A DNA stretch of 64,000 nucleotides from Candidatus Bathyarchaeota archaeon (GCA_963782525.1 CAWAKC010000003.1:160001-224000); one strand, 5' to 3'. Counted from the stretch's first letter, positions 40,841 through 52,345 are shown. The notes: generated by a model from the letters alone, not told the origin. Translations and numbers: made by a program.

Positions 40841-41312
40841 AACTAAGTCTCTCCTAGACCTAACAAGCCGACTTTTGATTTTCAAGTCCGTTTGGGAACC
40901 GAACCCTGAACATTCATGTCAGTAATTATATTGGGGATGGGCTTTTGACTTGAGGTGCGATTTCCTACTTGTTTACAGTTCAAGGGCGTGCCTTGTATTT
41001 TAACTGCCTTAATTTGCCAAACCAGAATCGACTGAGGATTTTAGCACTAATTTACCTTAAAAGAAATTTAAAGTGAAAGACATTCAAAACATTGGATTCG
41101 AGTCTAAAGCGGTTTCAATCTTTATGGTTCTGCGTCCAAAAGGGGTTGGAACTTTTTAATAATTTATTGATTTTTTCGAATCTTGCTGTAAGATTTAAAC
41201 GCTCTCCGGGAATGCTTGGACCCGAAAAATTATTTATAGACAAAATAAATTAAATTAAGCCCGCTCTACGCTAATGCACTCCATATCAAGTAGATTGGTT
41301 TATGTTAATTGG

Positions 41313-41355
41313 TGGTGCCGAGGGCTAGCTTGACACCGTCGTTTAAACCGTCGTT
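41313..41355 (+). repeat. 43-bp att-like repeat, copy 2
   Basis: Identical to 30246..30288. Confidence 0.95.
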
Positions 41356-41407
41356 ACAACATTATCTAAAAAAACAGGGGCAGGTCGTACCGGACTTAAC
41401 CCCGAAA

Positions 41408-43030
41408 CAGACTGTGTGAAAAGTCCTATAGTCCACTTACCGTTAAGCTTAAAGCTAGCTTCAGAACAACTGAAAAGCCATGAGCGAACATGTAAACGGA
41501 ACTCACAGAGACCAAACAGTGCTGTTTCCAGACACCATCGACAAATATGTTGACAAAGAAAATCCCGTCAGGTTCATTGACGCATTCGTTGAAAGCCTCA
41601 ACTTGGAAAAGTTGGGGTTCAAACACTCAAGCCTGGCCGACACTGGAAGACCATCTTACAATCCTTCAGACCTTCTCAAGCTCTATGTTTATGGCTACCT
41701 CAACCAGGTAAGATCCAGCAGGAAACTGGAGAAAGAATGCTACCGCAACGTCGAAGTCATGTGGCTCATGAAAAAGCTGTCTCCAGACTTCAAAACCATC
41801 GCAGACTTCAGAAAAAACAACGTAGACTGCATCAAAGGAGTATTCAAAGAATTCGTTTACCTCTGCAGGAGCTTGGACCTTTACGGTGCGCAACTTGTAG
41901 CGATTGATGGAACCAAATTTAGGGCTGTCAACTCAAAAAGCAACAACCTCAACGAGAAAACCGTTGCGTTGAGGCTTAAGCAGACAGAGGAAAAGATAGC
42001 ACAATACCTCAACGAATTAGATTCTAATGATGCCAACGATTCAGAGGACGATGATAATGCACCTGCTGATGAGCTTAGGGAAAAAATAGGCCAGCTTGAA
42101 GAGAAGAGGCAGCAATATGAGCAAATTCGAGAGCAGATGAAGGCTACAGGCCAAAGGGAGGTTTCACTTGTGGATCCAGACAGCCGTTTAATGCGAGTTG
42201 ATAGTCAACGGCTTGAAGTTGGCTACAATATTCAAACTTCCGTTGATGCAAAACAGCACCTCATTGTCGATTATGACGTGATAAATATCTCCACTGATCA
42301 CCATCAGCTGGTTAAGGACGCTTTAGCAGCGAAGGAAACCTTAGGTGTGGATAGGCTAGCTGTTTTGAGTGACAAGGGTTTCTACGTCGAGAAAGATGTT
42401 GCAGGTTGTGAGGATAATAATATACCCTTTTCATGCCTATACCTGGGGCTTTGAATCCATACAAGAGCGTTGGCATTCCTGAGCCTGAATTTTACTCTGA
42501 CAAATTTGTTTATGATGCCGCTAAGGACGTGTATGTTTGTCCTGTGGGAAATGAGATGCCTTTTTGGAAGCGTAGTAACCGCGGCAAAGGTTTTGATGGT
42601 AGGCTGTATAGGTCGAGGTGTTGTGATTCTTGTTTGGTGAGAGGTAGGTGTACTAGGAATAAGCGTGGACGGTATATGTTCAGGGGTGAATATGATGGGG
42701 CGGTTGATCGTTTAAGGGAGCGGTTGAAGGGTTCGGAGGGCAAAAAGATGCTTCGTTTGAGGCGGTTGTTGGCGGAGCATCCGTTTGGGACGATGAAGCG
42801 GGCTTTTAATCAGGGTTATGTGCTTTTGAAGGGTCTTAGGAAAGTGAGAGGAGAGGTTGGTTTCACTATGTTGGCTTACAATATGAGAAGGGCTATCAAT
42901 ATTCTTGGAGTTGGAATGCTAATAGGTTTGATTAAAGCGTAAGGAAAAAGAAAGTAAGTGCAGGTAATCGAAGACAAGAGATTAGGCGCCAGATATCTCA
43001 GGCTTTAGCGGTGAGTTTTAACACAGTCTG
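41408..43030 (+). mobile_element. IS1182-family insertion sequence; transposase 41480..42942 with a 1-nt frameshift near 42428
   Basis: IRs CAGACTGTGT(G/T)AAAA at both ends, 4-bp GAAA target duplication; GRPSY, SSRKLE, PDFKTIADFR, GYNIQ, EHPFGTMK. Confidence 0.95.
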
Positions 43031-43748
43031 GAAAGGGTATGAGTCCCTTCACCTAAATTCTTTGAATTAGGCTATTTTGACGAGTTGAACTATGATATGA
43101 AGCCTCGCTCTCCCTAATCAATCAGAGAACAAGTCCGCCGAGTCGCAGACCTGAACAGGTTCAAGTCCAAGTGATGCCTCTTCAGAAACTAACCTTCTTT
43201 TCCTAAGTAGGGGCATTTCGAGTCAGCATCTAATTTTTTCTTAAAGTAATCAAAGGGCCAAGCCTAAGCGGTGTGGTTAGAAAGAGTGTTTGATGAAAAC
43301 TCCTTTGTATAGGCCGAGCTGGCGTTTTCTATGTATTCGTTGATTTCTTGTAGTAGGCTGGGTGTGTTTTGTTGGAGTGGATTTGGGCTTGTTGTTGGTC
43401 TTGGAAGTGCGTGGTTAGGGTTTGGCGTGCGTTATCGCTGGAGTGGTGTAACCTTATTACTCATATGTCCTTTTCCAAACATTAATCGAACACTGATTTC
43501 AACAGTAAGAACTCCCCTTGTATATGCAGTTGCTACATCCAGGATTAGTAAAATATCTACTCTTACTCAAAAAGAATCCATCAAACAACTAATATACGCC
43601 CAAGTTACATTTCAGGTTTTGCAAGCAAAACACTTGATTGACAGAAAATAGGTATGGTACTGCAAAGCGATTGATTGATGGGTTACTCAAAGTGCTCTTA
43701 GAAATAAAATGGATTGAAGCACACTAAAATTTGGCGTTTCCTTTTGTG

Positions 43749-44159
43749 CTATTCTAATTTTAACACTACTGCAACTTTTTTCTTGGTTAAATCTTCAACT
43801 ATTTGAATCCATGCAAATGGAATATCCACTTTCTCTTCTTCTGTGAGTTTCCTCACTTTGAAAGCGCTTTGGACGAAAAAAGAACGTTTGCATGATTCAC
43901 AATTCAAATATGGAAAAATTCCATCTAACGGCCTAGTGACTTCTTGTTTAGCACCGCAATAAGGACATTGTTGAATCTTAGGTTTCTCGAGGCTGGTTGT
44001 AACGTTTGATTTAACATCGATACTACTTTCTAACTCGTCCCAGGAAGAATACATTCGATGCAAAGGGGAATTTCCGCTAGACCATAATTCTTTGAAAATG
44101 CTAAGGGCTTCTTTTCGATCATTTTTTGTGGATACTGGATAATCATTTTGATCGACCAT
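43749..44159 (-). CDS. Zn-ribbon hypothetical protein
   Basis: CPYC and CESC. Confidence 0.65.
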   Translation of the reverse strand: MVDQNDYPVSTKNDRKEALSIFKELWSSGNSPLHRMYSSWDELESSIDVKSNVTTSLEKPKIQQCPYCGAKQEVTRPLDGIFPYLNCESCKRSFFVQSAFKVRKLTEEEKVDIPFAWIQIVEDLTKKKVAVVLKLE

Positions 44160-44379
44160 CAGAAATCACCCAGTCTACTGGTAAAAATGGTGTTCATTAA
44201 AACTAATAACGTTTGTGAATAAAACAAAAACGCGCTGCATCCCAAATAGTTTTACTATTTGGACTGAATTTATTCATGATTATTTGCAGTTCCAGAGAGC
44301 CTAAACTCCAAGAGATAATTGGTTGTTTTTTCACCAAGTTCTATGACAACATGTTTGATTATTTTTATGGCAGTTAAAT

Positions 44380-44733
44380 TTAAGAGTATTGCCACCAATG
44401 CTTTTTTGGTTCAATGAAGAGAACTGTGTCATTTTGCGTTAATTCACAAACATTACTTAAACCGTATTTTTTGACTTCCACTTCATAAGAACCCTCTGCA
44501 AGTTCAGCAGATACCATACCATTATCATTTGTATTCATCGCGAGTATCAACTTTTTAAATGGTGTTCCATTTTTGAGATTCTCAGCCCACTGCTTGGGCG
44601 TTATAGGTTCCATTTCCAATCTGAAAACTTTAACGTTAACATTCTTGATTGGTTTATTTTCTTTAAAATTAACCACTCTTACAACAAACATGTAAGTCTT
44701 TTCTAAAACGTTATCAACATTTTGGGTGCTCAC
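44380..44733 (-). CDS. Hypothetical beta-sandwich protein; paralog of 5296..5634
   Basis: Shared KQWxENLKNGTPFK and EPKKxWW. Confidence 0.7.
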   Translation of the reverse strand: MSTQNVDNVLEKTYMFVVRVVNFKENKPIKNVNVKVFRLEMEPITPKQWAENLKNGTPFKKLILAMNTNDNGMVSAELAEGSYEVEVKKYGLSNVCELTQNDTVLFIEPKKHWWQYS

Positions 44734-45051
44734 TGTAAAAACCTGGATAACTTTATTCTGTGATTTGTAGATTTAAGACTTTTGAACATAGACTTCATGA
44801 TACTGCACCGTACACTCTAAAACTATGATGCATGTAGTAATAGAAATTTTATTTTTCCCGATTTCAAATCCTTATGGGGTGAAGATGTGAAGGCTAATCG
44901 AAAATATGAAGTGTTGGCTATTGCTTGCTTATGGGTCCTTGAGGGTAAGGCCTCAGCGCAGAGTACGCAACGCATAAGAAGTTGTTGGAGGCTAGATGTC
45001 CAGGGCAAGATACGAGTAGGATTGTGGTTGTGGCTTAACGGATGCTGAAAG

Positions 45052-45384
45052 ATGGGCGGGCATTTGGAAATGAGTAGCTCCAAAAAATCTGTGACGTGCC
45101 CTACTTGCCACAAGGTTTTCGGTTCATCGATTGAGTATCAACTTCACTGGTCGCATAATCACCCTGGGAGGGTTCTTGCTCCATTGATCCAGTTTGTGCC
45201 TTCGGGCATTGCGGAGCCTGCAGTATCTAAAGTGGTTGTGTCCGCTTCAAATGGTACCGCTCAAGGATGCAGTTGTCCCGTCTGTGGGCACATAATCAGC
45301 GCTGACGTTTACGGCAAGTTGCGGCTTAAGTTCTCGAAGTATCCTGGTCTGTTTCCAGCAGTGGATAGGGACGTGGCAACATGA
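45052..45384 (+). CDS. C2H2 zinc-finger protein
   Basis: CPTC...HWSHNH plus CPVC. Confidence 0.6.
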   Translation: MGGHLEMSSSKKSVTCPTCHKVFGSSIEYQLHWSHNHPGRVLAPLIQFVPSGIAEPAVSKVVVSASNGTAQGCSCPVCGHIISADVYGKLRLKFSKYPGLFPAVDRDVAT

Positions 45385-45833
45385 CTTTTGAATAGGAGTA
45401 AACCTTGGTGTGACTATGAAATGTTTTGCTTGCAGTCAAATGCTTAAGCGAATAAAGGGTGTATGCAGCGATTACATCTAAATTAATCCTAAGTGCTTTA
45501 AAAACAAGAAAGCACGCGTGCAGGCGCACGCAAAGTTTTGCAGGCTCTCCAGAGCAGAAATACGCGCAACTATGGTGTAGCACTTACCAAAAAATAGGAA
45601 GGAGAAATAGCCAAACACTAAAATAAGGTAAATAAAATATAAATAAAGTGAATGAACAACCTGTGAAAAACTTGAATAACGTTTTATGTTCAAATTGTTC
45701 TTATTGTGGTAGCACTCGCCTTGAAGAAGATGAAGATGTCGTTAAGTGTCTTAATTGTGGCATGGGAAAGTATAAGCAAGGTAGACATAAGAAGTATTGT
45801 AAATAATTGCTTAAGTAATGATATGGAAAAACA

Positions 45834-46037
45834 TTGGAAAATGTAAACGTGTTCAAATCTAATAGAAGTCCACGTAGCAATTGGGGAAGCAATCAACCTT
45901 ATGAGTGTCTTCGTTGCGCAACCACGATGGGTGAAGACATAGAGGAGAGAAACGGCTTAATCAAATGTATCGTATGCGGATACAGAGTTTTAAAGAAGAC
46001 GAAGCCCCCAGTTGTAAAGAGAGTTCTCGCAAGATGA
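45834..46037 (+). CDS. rpoP: RNA polymerase subunit Rpo12 (P) homolog
   Basis: YECLRC...IKCIVCGYRVLKKTKPPVVKRVLAR. Confidence 0.88.
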   Translation: MENVNVFKSNRSPRSNWGSNQPYECLRCATTMGEDIEERNGLIKCIVCGYRVLKKTKPPVVKRVLAR

Positions 46038-46091
46038 TATAAGGCTGAATCGCCGTCAGCGTAAATTGACGTTTATCTGTCCCTTCCGGAA

Positions 46092-48260
46092 TTACACTAC
46101 AAAAGGCACAGGCTTCTGCAGCCTTCGAACCTGATTCATAAAGTTCCTGTACCAATTCTCAATTTCTGGCGCTATGCTCGGCGGAACCTCTTTCATAGCT
46201 TTCTCAAAATCGCTTAAGGTAACCTCTTTTGCGTTGTTGTCTCTTCTCAAAGCGTTCATGGCGGCCTCCCTGCATACGGATGATATGTCGGCGCCGGAGT
46301 AACCTTTCGTCATGTGATACTCCTTGATGTCTACATCATTTGCTAGTGGCATGTTCTTTGTATTAATCTTGAAGATTTCAAGTCTGGCCGCTTCGTCGGG
46401 TTCTGGAACATAAATTAGTCGATCGAATCTGCCTGGCCTTAATACTGCTGAGTCGACAATATCGGGCCTATTTGTTGCAGCTATAACTATGATGTCTTCT
46501 AAGGGCATTATTCCGTCCATTTCTGTTAAAAGTTGGCTGATGACGCGTTCAGTTACTCCGGTGTCACCGTCACCCTGCCCCCTCCTTGGAGCAAGAGAGT
46601 CAACTTCATCGAAGAATATGACCACTGGCGAAGCCATTCTAGCCTTCCTGAAGATTTCTCGAATAGCCTTTTCAGATTCGCCAACCCACTTAGAGAAAAC
46701 CTCCGGGCTCTTAATCGAAATGAAGTTTGCCTCGCTTTCAGTTGCAACAGCCCTAGCCAGCATTGTCTTCCCACACCCAGGCGGGCCTATCAACAGTATA
46801 CCTTTAGGCGGCTGAATCCCCATTCTCTTGAAGACTTCAGGATTTTTCAGCGGCCACTCAACAGCCTCCTTTAACTTTTCTTTAACCTCCTCCAAGCCTC
46901 CCACTTCATCCCAATGAACAACCGGAACTTCCACAGCAATCTCTCTCATAGCTGTAGGCGTAATCTCCTTGAAGGCATTCATGAAGTCATCTATCTGAAC
47001 CTCCATCTTCTCCAGGACGCAGGGAGGTATTCGCTCTTCCTTCAGATTTATCTCGGGAAGATACCTGAGTAGAGCTTTCATAGCTGCCTCTCTACACAGG
47101 GCGGCCAAGTCAGCACCCGTGTAACCGTACGTCCGCTCAGCAAGCACCTTTAAGTCAACATCACTGGCTAAGGGCATACCTCTGCTATGAATCAACAATA
47201 TTTCATGACGCCCCCGCTTGTCTGGGGACCCTATCTCTATCTCGCGATCAAACCTCCCAGGCCTCCTGAGAGCTGAATCCAAGGCATTCGGCCTGTTTGT
47301 TGCACCTATTACTATAACATTTCCTCTACCAGTCAATCCGTCCATAAGAGATAGAAGCTGAGCGACAACCCTTTTCTCCACTTCACCAGTAACCTCCTCC
47401 CGTTTGGGCGCGATGGAGTCCAACTCGTCTATGAGTATGATGCTCGGGGCGGTTTTATGAGCCTGTTGAAATATTTCTCGAAGCTTCGCTTCCGACTCCC
47501 CATAGAACTTACTTATTATTTCAGGTCCGTTTATTGAGAAGAAGTTTGCGTCAGACTCGTTCGCTACTGCTTTAGCTATGAGGGTCTTTCCGCAGCCGGG
47601 TGGACCGAGCAGTAGAACCCCTTTTGGAGGATCTATTCCAAGCGTCTGGAAAATCTCAGGATGCCGCATTGGAAGTTCAACCATCTCCCTTATGCGTTGA
47701 ATCTCCTCCTCCAAGCCTCCTAAGTCCTCATAGGTGATACGTGGCACACTTTCAGCTTCCGTCGAAGGTTCAGTCAATATCTTCAATGTGGTATCTTGGG
47801 TCATCTTTACTATTCCTTGGGGCTGCATCTTCGCAACAGTGAACTGAACAGAATGACCAAGCATCATAACGGACGTCGTGTCTCCTTCAACAAACGTCCT
47901 ATCGATAAGTCTGTTCTTCACAAAATTTGCAAAGTCTTCGTCAACGTTCAATCGCATATTCACTGGAGCAAGCACTATTCTCAGGGCATTTTTAACTTCA
48001 GCCTTTCGAACTAGAACGTAATCGTTTATTGATACGTCAGCATTTTTACGTAAGACCCCATCGATTCGCATAATGTCTGGATCCTGGTCTTCAGAGTACG
48101 CTGGCCAAGCGATCGCGGACGTTTTTTTCTTCCCTGAGAACTCTATTACGTCTCCAGATGAAACCCCTAACTTTTGCATTGTTCTCGGGTCTATTCTAGC
48201 GATTCCTCTTGCCACATCTGTCTGTCTGGAATCCAGAACTTTCAGCTGAACTTCGCTCAA
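46092..48260 (-). CDS. cdc48: Cdc48/VAT AAA+ ATPase
   Basis: N-domain plus two AAA modules (GPPGCGKT x2, RPGRFDR x2). Confidence 0.97.
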   Translation of the reverse strand: MSEVQLKVLDSRQTDVARGIARIDPRTMQKLGVSSGDVIEFSGKKKTSAIAWPAYSEDQDPDIMRIDGVLRKNADVSINDYVLVRKAEVKNALRIVLAPVNMRLNVDEDFANFVKNRLIDRTFVEGDTTSVMMLGHSVQFTVAKMQPQGIVKMTQDTTLKILTEPSTEAESVPRITYEDLGGLEEEIQRIREMVELPMRHPEIFQTLGIDPPKGVLLLGPPGCGKTLIAKAVANESDANFFSINGPEIISKFYGESEAKLREIFQQAHKTAPSIILIDELDSIAPKREEVTGEVEKRVVAQLLSLMDGLTGRGNVIVIGATNRPNALDSALRRPGRFDREIEIGSPDKRGRHEILLIHSRGMPLASDVDLKVLAERTYGYTGADLAALCREAAMKALLRYLPEINLKEERIPPCVLEKMEVQIDDFMNAFKEITPTAMREIAVEVPVVHWDEVGGLEEVKEKLKEAVEWPLKNPEVFKRMGIQPPKGILLIGPPGCGKTMLARAVATESEANFISIKSPEVFSKWVGESEKAIREIFRKARMASPVVIFFDEVDSLAPRRGQGDGDTGVTERVISQLLTEMDGIMPLEDIIVIAATNRPDIVDSAVLRPGRFDRLIYVPEPDEAARLEIFKINTKNMPLANDVDIKEYHMTKGYSGADISSVCREAAMNALRRDNNAKEVTLSDFEKAMKEVPPSIAPEIENWYRNFMNQVRRLQKPVPFVV

Positions 48261-48485
48261 TTTTCAACGTTCCATTAAACATATTTCTGATAGAAGCACT
48301 AAATCCGTTCTCTCAACATCATTAGAACATATTGTTATTCGGGAAGGGTGTCAGGACACTTTCTTAGATATAAACTTGGCAATTTTCTGAAAGTGAAGCT
48401 AGTTTTCAGCGCACACGCTGATTAGTTTAATTCAATTTTTTCTCGGTTGTTATTTGGCTTTATTTGGCTTCACTCTTCGTAGTTG

Positions 48486-48626
48486 TTATTTAGTTTCACC
48501 CTTCTTCTTGGTGTCTACGTAGGTTTTCTTTTTCATTTTCTTTCTAATCGGGCAATTAAGTCGAATACTCGATTTGCATCTGCGGCAGTTTTTAACTAAA
48601 CCTGCTCTTAATTGGCACATTTTCAT
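48486..48626 (-). CDS. Small Cys-rich basic protein
   Basis: MKMCQLRAGLVKNCRRCKSSIRLNCPIRKK...; GAGGT SD upstream. Confidence 0.5.
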   Translation of the reverse strand: MKMCQLRAGLVKNCRRCKSSIRLNCPIRKKMKKKTYVDTKKKGETK

Positions 48627-48998
48627 TTACCTCTTTTCTCATGCTTATACTCAATGCGCTTATGTTTATACTAATGCTTTTTTTTAGCTTAATTTTTTAT
48701 TTTTGCAATAGTTAAGCGATTAATTAAAATTAACAATTCACTATATTTACCAAACTCAGATTTTAATTTGTCTCGGTGACTTGGTTTAGGCTTTTCTGGT
48801 TGCACTGTCTCCTCTACCCATGCGTTCAACCATAACCTTTATCCTCGGTTTTTTCGTATTGAGGTTTCCACTGTTCACTTTTGCCTTTGCTCATAAATTC
48901 ATTTAAACTTGTGTTATTGCGTAAACTACTGCCTAAATTAATAGCTAAAACCTTGCCCATTACTTTCTCGTCTATTTCTTTTGCTTTAGTTCCCTTCT

Positions 48999-49151
48999 TT
49001 AGACTGTCATGGCTCCAGATCTTTTCCTAACATAACTTGCCCCACACTTGTTTGAATGGTACACTTTTTTTGGATCATACGTTTCGAATACGATCCCGCA
49101 AGGGCAGGTTCTAATAAGAACTTTATTGCTTAATCTTTCAAAGTTTTCCAT
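48999..49151 (-). CDS. Small putative Zn-finger protein
   Basis: RTCPCGIVFET...YHSNKC. Confidence 0.4.
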   Translation of the reverse strand: MENFERLSNKVLIRTCPCGIVFETYDPKKVYHSNKCGASYVRKRSGAMTV

Positions 49152-49305
49152 ACCACTCTACCCAACAATTTTTACATTCAAGAGACTTATGAACAGCCTT
49201 ATCCACATCATTATACTCAACGATTAAAGATAATAAGTCCTTCTTTTTCTCTTCAGTATTCCATGGATACTTTTTTTCGTCAGTTCTTCTCTGGAATGGT
49301 AAGTT

Positions 49306-49866
49306 TTATTCGTAGAATATGAGGTTTTGTTCCTCCAATATTACATGAAGCTTATGCACTGCGTCAAAAACGTACTGTTCTTTCTTCGCTCCGGTACAAA
49401 CTAGACTCCCGCTTGCGAATACTAGTATGACAACCTTAGGCTCGTCCATCCTGTAGATCAAGCCTGGAAACTGCTCTGGCTCATACATCGTTTTTGTAAG
49501 CGTGGAAACTGTCTTCTCCAAATCTACTGTTCCGCCTAGACTTGCAGAAGCAACAATGTTCACAACTTCCACGCTCGGTTTGCTATGGAAGATTATTCCG
49601 CACTTTTTCAGTTCTTTAACAACATTCATGATTGCGCTGCGGAATTCCTTTCCAGATTTTGCTCCTGTACAAACCATTTTACCCGAGCCAAAAATCAACG
49701 TACCCGTCTTCGGTCTCTTAAGCCTAAACACTAACCCGGGAAACCGGTCCGGACGATATTCTGCTTTTGGATAACCCTTCACAACAGCGTTTAAGTCAAT
49801 TTTCTGATTTAAAGTCGCTATAGCCACGACGTTCTGAATGTTTATTATGGCTTTAGTTTTCGGCAT
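49306..49866 (-). CDS. tbp: TATA-box binding protein (diverged paralog)
   Basis: Two TBP repeats NVVA..FPGL..SGKMVCTGAK / NIVA..PEQFPGL..LVCTGAK. Confidence 0.97.
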   Translation of the reverse strand: MPKTKAIINIQNVVAIATLNQKIDLNAVVKGYPKAEYRPDRFPGLVFRLKRPKTGTLIFGSGKMVCTGAKSGKEFRSAIMNVVKELKKCGIIFHSKPSVEVVNIVASASLGGTVDLEKTVSTLTKTMYEPEQFPGLIYRMDEPKVVILVFASGSLVCTGAKKEQYVFDAVHKLHVILEEQNLIFYE

Positions 49867-50205
49867 TAAAAAACCACTTCGTATAGTGTAGCGGATGCCT
49901 AAATAACCTTCACAAAAGTCTTACGTTGCCAGCGTAGGGAAGTTTCCCGTACGTTCCCTATTTTTCTCTATTACATAAAATTGGATTGATGGAGGCTTCT
50001 TAGGGGGATGAGCGCAAATCGCGGCTTGAATGGTTGTTTATTGTTTGAGTGGTTAACATAAAACACAAACGTTCCATCCATATCATTCACCGCTATAGCA
50101 TCATTAGCTTTTTATAATATATTTCTTGCCTAGCTACCTTTTTGACTTTTTTAACATGAACAAATAGAGCATGGAAAAATGCAAAAAATCATAGTTTTCA
50201 TATAT

Positions 50206-50274
50206 TTACCAGTCCTCTTCTTCCCAATCTTCTTCGGTTGGCTCTTCTTCCCCTTCCTCCTCTTCCTCAAACAT
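50206..50274 (-). CDS. 22-aa hyperacidic micropeptide
   Basis: MFEEEEEGEEEPTEEDWEEEDW; TATA-like CTTATAA and SD-like GTGAG/GAGG upstream. Confidence 0.55.
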   Translation of the reverse strand: MFEEEEEGEEEPTEEDWEEEDW

Positions 50275-50404
50275 GCCTCTTTCAACTCACTTTTTAAAAA
50301 AACGTATTAGTTACTATACTTATAAGGTTTAATTGAAAAAAGAAGCAGAAGCGAGCTAAACTTATCCACCCAACGCTTCAACACACTCTTGATGCATCTT
50401 CCTT

Positions 50405-51583
50405 CTATAGAGCCTTAAATGATTCAAACCATCTGTCGTATTGCGCCAGCATGTCAATGGATACACTGGGCTTTCTTTCTTCGAGTATCTGCCTAAAATC
50501 CTCCATCGTCAACGGCCGTGGCTTGGCCCTTCTGTCGCTTGCCTTACCTGAATCAAAGAATTCGCCGATGAGTTTCAGCTGTGCCGACTGGTTGAGATCT
50601 CTTATGTCGCTTCCTGAGAATCCCTCTGAGAGTCTCGCGAGCTCCCGCAGCTTAACATCTGGAGCAAGTTGAAGACTGGCAGTGTAGAGCTTGAACATCA
50701 TCAATCGTGTATGGCGCTCAGGCAGTGAGACCAGAATTCTTTTCTGAAATCTTCTTATGAAAGCCCAGTCCAAATCCCAAGGCTTGTTAGTCGCTCCAAT
50801 CACGTACACGTGAAGGTTCTTGCCTTTGTCTAAGATACCATCCATCTCTTTCAAAAACTGGTTGCGAACACGGATTTCGCCGCCTACCTCATTTGCGTGT
50901 TTTCCCATCAAAGAATCAAGCTCATCGACGAAGATTATTGCAGGCTTTCCTTCCAACGATGTTTTCCTTACTTGACCAAACAGGCGTGCGACATTCTGTT
51001 CACCTTCACCCATCCATTTTGACATTATCGAAGCCGCGTCAATTGAGACGAAAGTAGCATCTATTTCCGTAGCGACGGCTGCTGCAAGCAATGTTTTCCC
51101 GCAACCTGGCGGTCCGAAGAACAATATTCCCCGTGGCCATCCTAATGGAAACAGGTCGGGTCTCTGAACAGGATAGAGTATTGCCTCCTTCACCGCCTTC
51201 TTTGCGGGGGCCAGTCCAACGACTTCCTCCCATTTCACGTTGAGCTTCTCTGTACCTATCAGTTCTTCGTAACTGGATTTGCCGCCTTCACTCTTTTTGG
51301 TTTCACCCTCACGCCCGCTATATCTAACTTCTGCGTGAGGTTGTTCGCGCGGCACACCTAGGGCGCCTTGAATCGCCTTTATGCGTTCTTGGTAGGCGAT
51401 CGCTTTTTGCACGTAGACTTTGTTCAAGTCGTATTCAGGATAGAGTTTAACAAGTTGCAGTAGGCTTTCTATGGATTTCTGGTACATGATTATTGCCATG
51501 CCCCTTGAGCCTTGCTTGTCCAAGCGCACTGCTTCCGACGCGTAGTTGGTTGCATTCTTCTCAAGCTCTTGGGAAGCACTCAT
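50405..51583 (-). CDS. cdvC: Vps4/CdvC AAA ATPase with MIT domain
   Basis: N-terminal MIT helices; [22 protein letters not shown]; ATNKPWDLD; RRFQKRI. Confidence 0.93.
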   Translation of the reverse strand: MSASQELEKNATNYASEAVRLDKQGSRGMAIIMYQKSIESLLQLVKLYPEYDLNKVYVQKAIAYQERIKAIQGALGVPREQPHAEVRYSGREGETKKSEGGKSSYEELIGTEKLNVKWEEVVGLAPAKKAVKEAILYPVQRPDLFPLGWPRGILFFGPPGCGKTLLAAAVATEIDATFVSIDAASIMSKWMGEGEQNVARLFGQVRKTSLEGKPAIIFVDELDSLMGKHANEVGGEIRVRNQFLKEMDGILDKGKNLHVYVIGATNKPWDLDWAFIRRFQKRILVSLPERHTRLMMFKLYTASLQLAPDVKLRELARLSEGFSGSDIRDLNQSAQLKLIGEFFDSGKASDRRAKPRPLTMEDFRQILEERKPSVSIDMLAQYDRWFESFKAL

Positions 51584-52163
51584 AACCTCTTTTCTCCAGT
51601 CTGCAATTCAACTTTTATTTTATCTTTCGACCCTAAACTTTCAAGGCGCACACGCGCTAAGCTGAAAAGTCTACGTTTACTCACAAAGAACTCGCCAATT
51701 ATCTAATAAGCACAATCAACATTTCAGTTTTTCCTAAGCAACAAAGAATCATCACAAGCATTCCAAGTAATCCAGATGGTTTTTTTCTGATAAGGGCAAG
51801 TTACCTAGACGACTCGTTATGCTAATCATTGAACAGTTGGTGAATGGAGGAAAATATTGCGCTTGTAGCACATTACAACAAGAAAAAAGATTTGCTTACT
51901 CTGATTATTGTGGCAGTTCTTGGTTTGGCAAAGGTTTCTTCTTTGTCAGGTCCTGTTGTGCCTTAGTTAAGTCTTTGAAGCCGTAGGTTCCAACTGGCGA
52001 CCAACCTGCTTCCGGCATAACCCCTGGCACTAACATGATTGTGTTTGTTTGCGATTGCTGACTTAACACGCAGAGCAAAAAACCAAAAACGTACCAAGAG
52101 GCAGGAGTATGAGTTGAAGTATATTGCCTACGCTTTTTGAAATCGCAAGGCAACTCGTAGATT

Positions 52164-52345
52164 CTATTCCCATTTGCCGTTTGTTTGCTTAAACTGCATC
52201 TGAACCACACGGCAATCCTCACACCAAATCCGCTACATCTTCAAAACAGATTCGCCCTGGTACGCCGCGCTTTTTTTGCCCTGGTGGCAAGTACAAGGGA
52301 GTTGAAAACTGTGTGTTTGATCCTTTAATTTGAACGGTTAAAAGC
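52164..52345 (-). pseudogene. Degenerate copy of an unknown gene next to tRNA-Phe (homolog at 31588..31875)
   Basis: QFSTPLYLPPGQKKRGV...CEDCRVVQMQFKQTNGKWE*. Confidence 0.6.

Larger units (their letters stand above)
30246..41312. mobile_element. tRNA-Phe-associated island, unit 1
   Basis: Bounded by tRNA-Phe 3'-end duplications; accessory cargo and pseudogenes; no integrase seen. Confidence 0.7.

Noticed and set aside
42420-42454. Programmed frameshift in the IS1182 transposase
   Set aside because: This family normally has one ORF, there is no canonical slippery heptamer, and similar indels occur throughout the window
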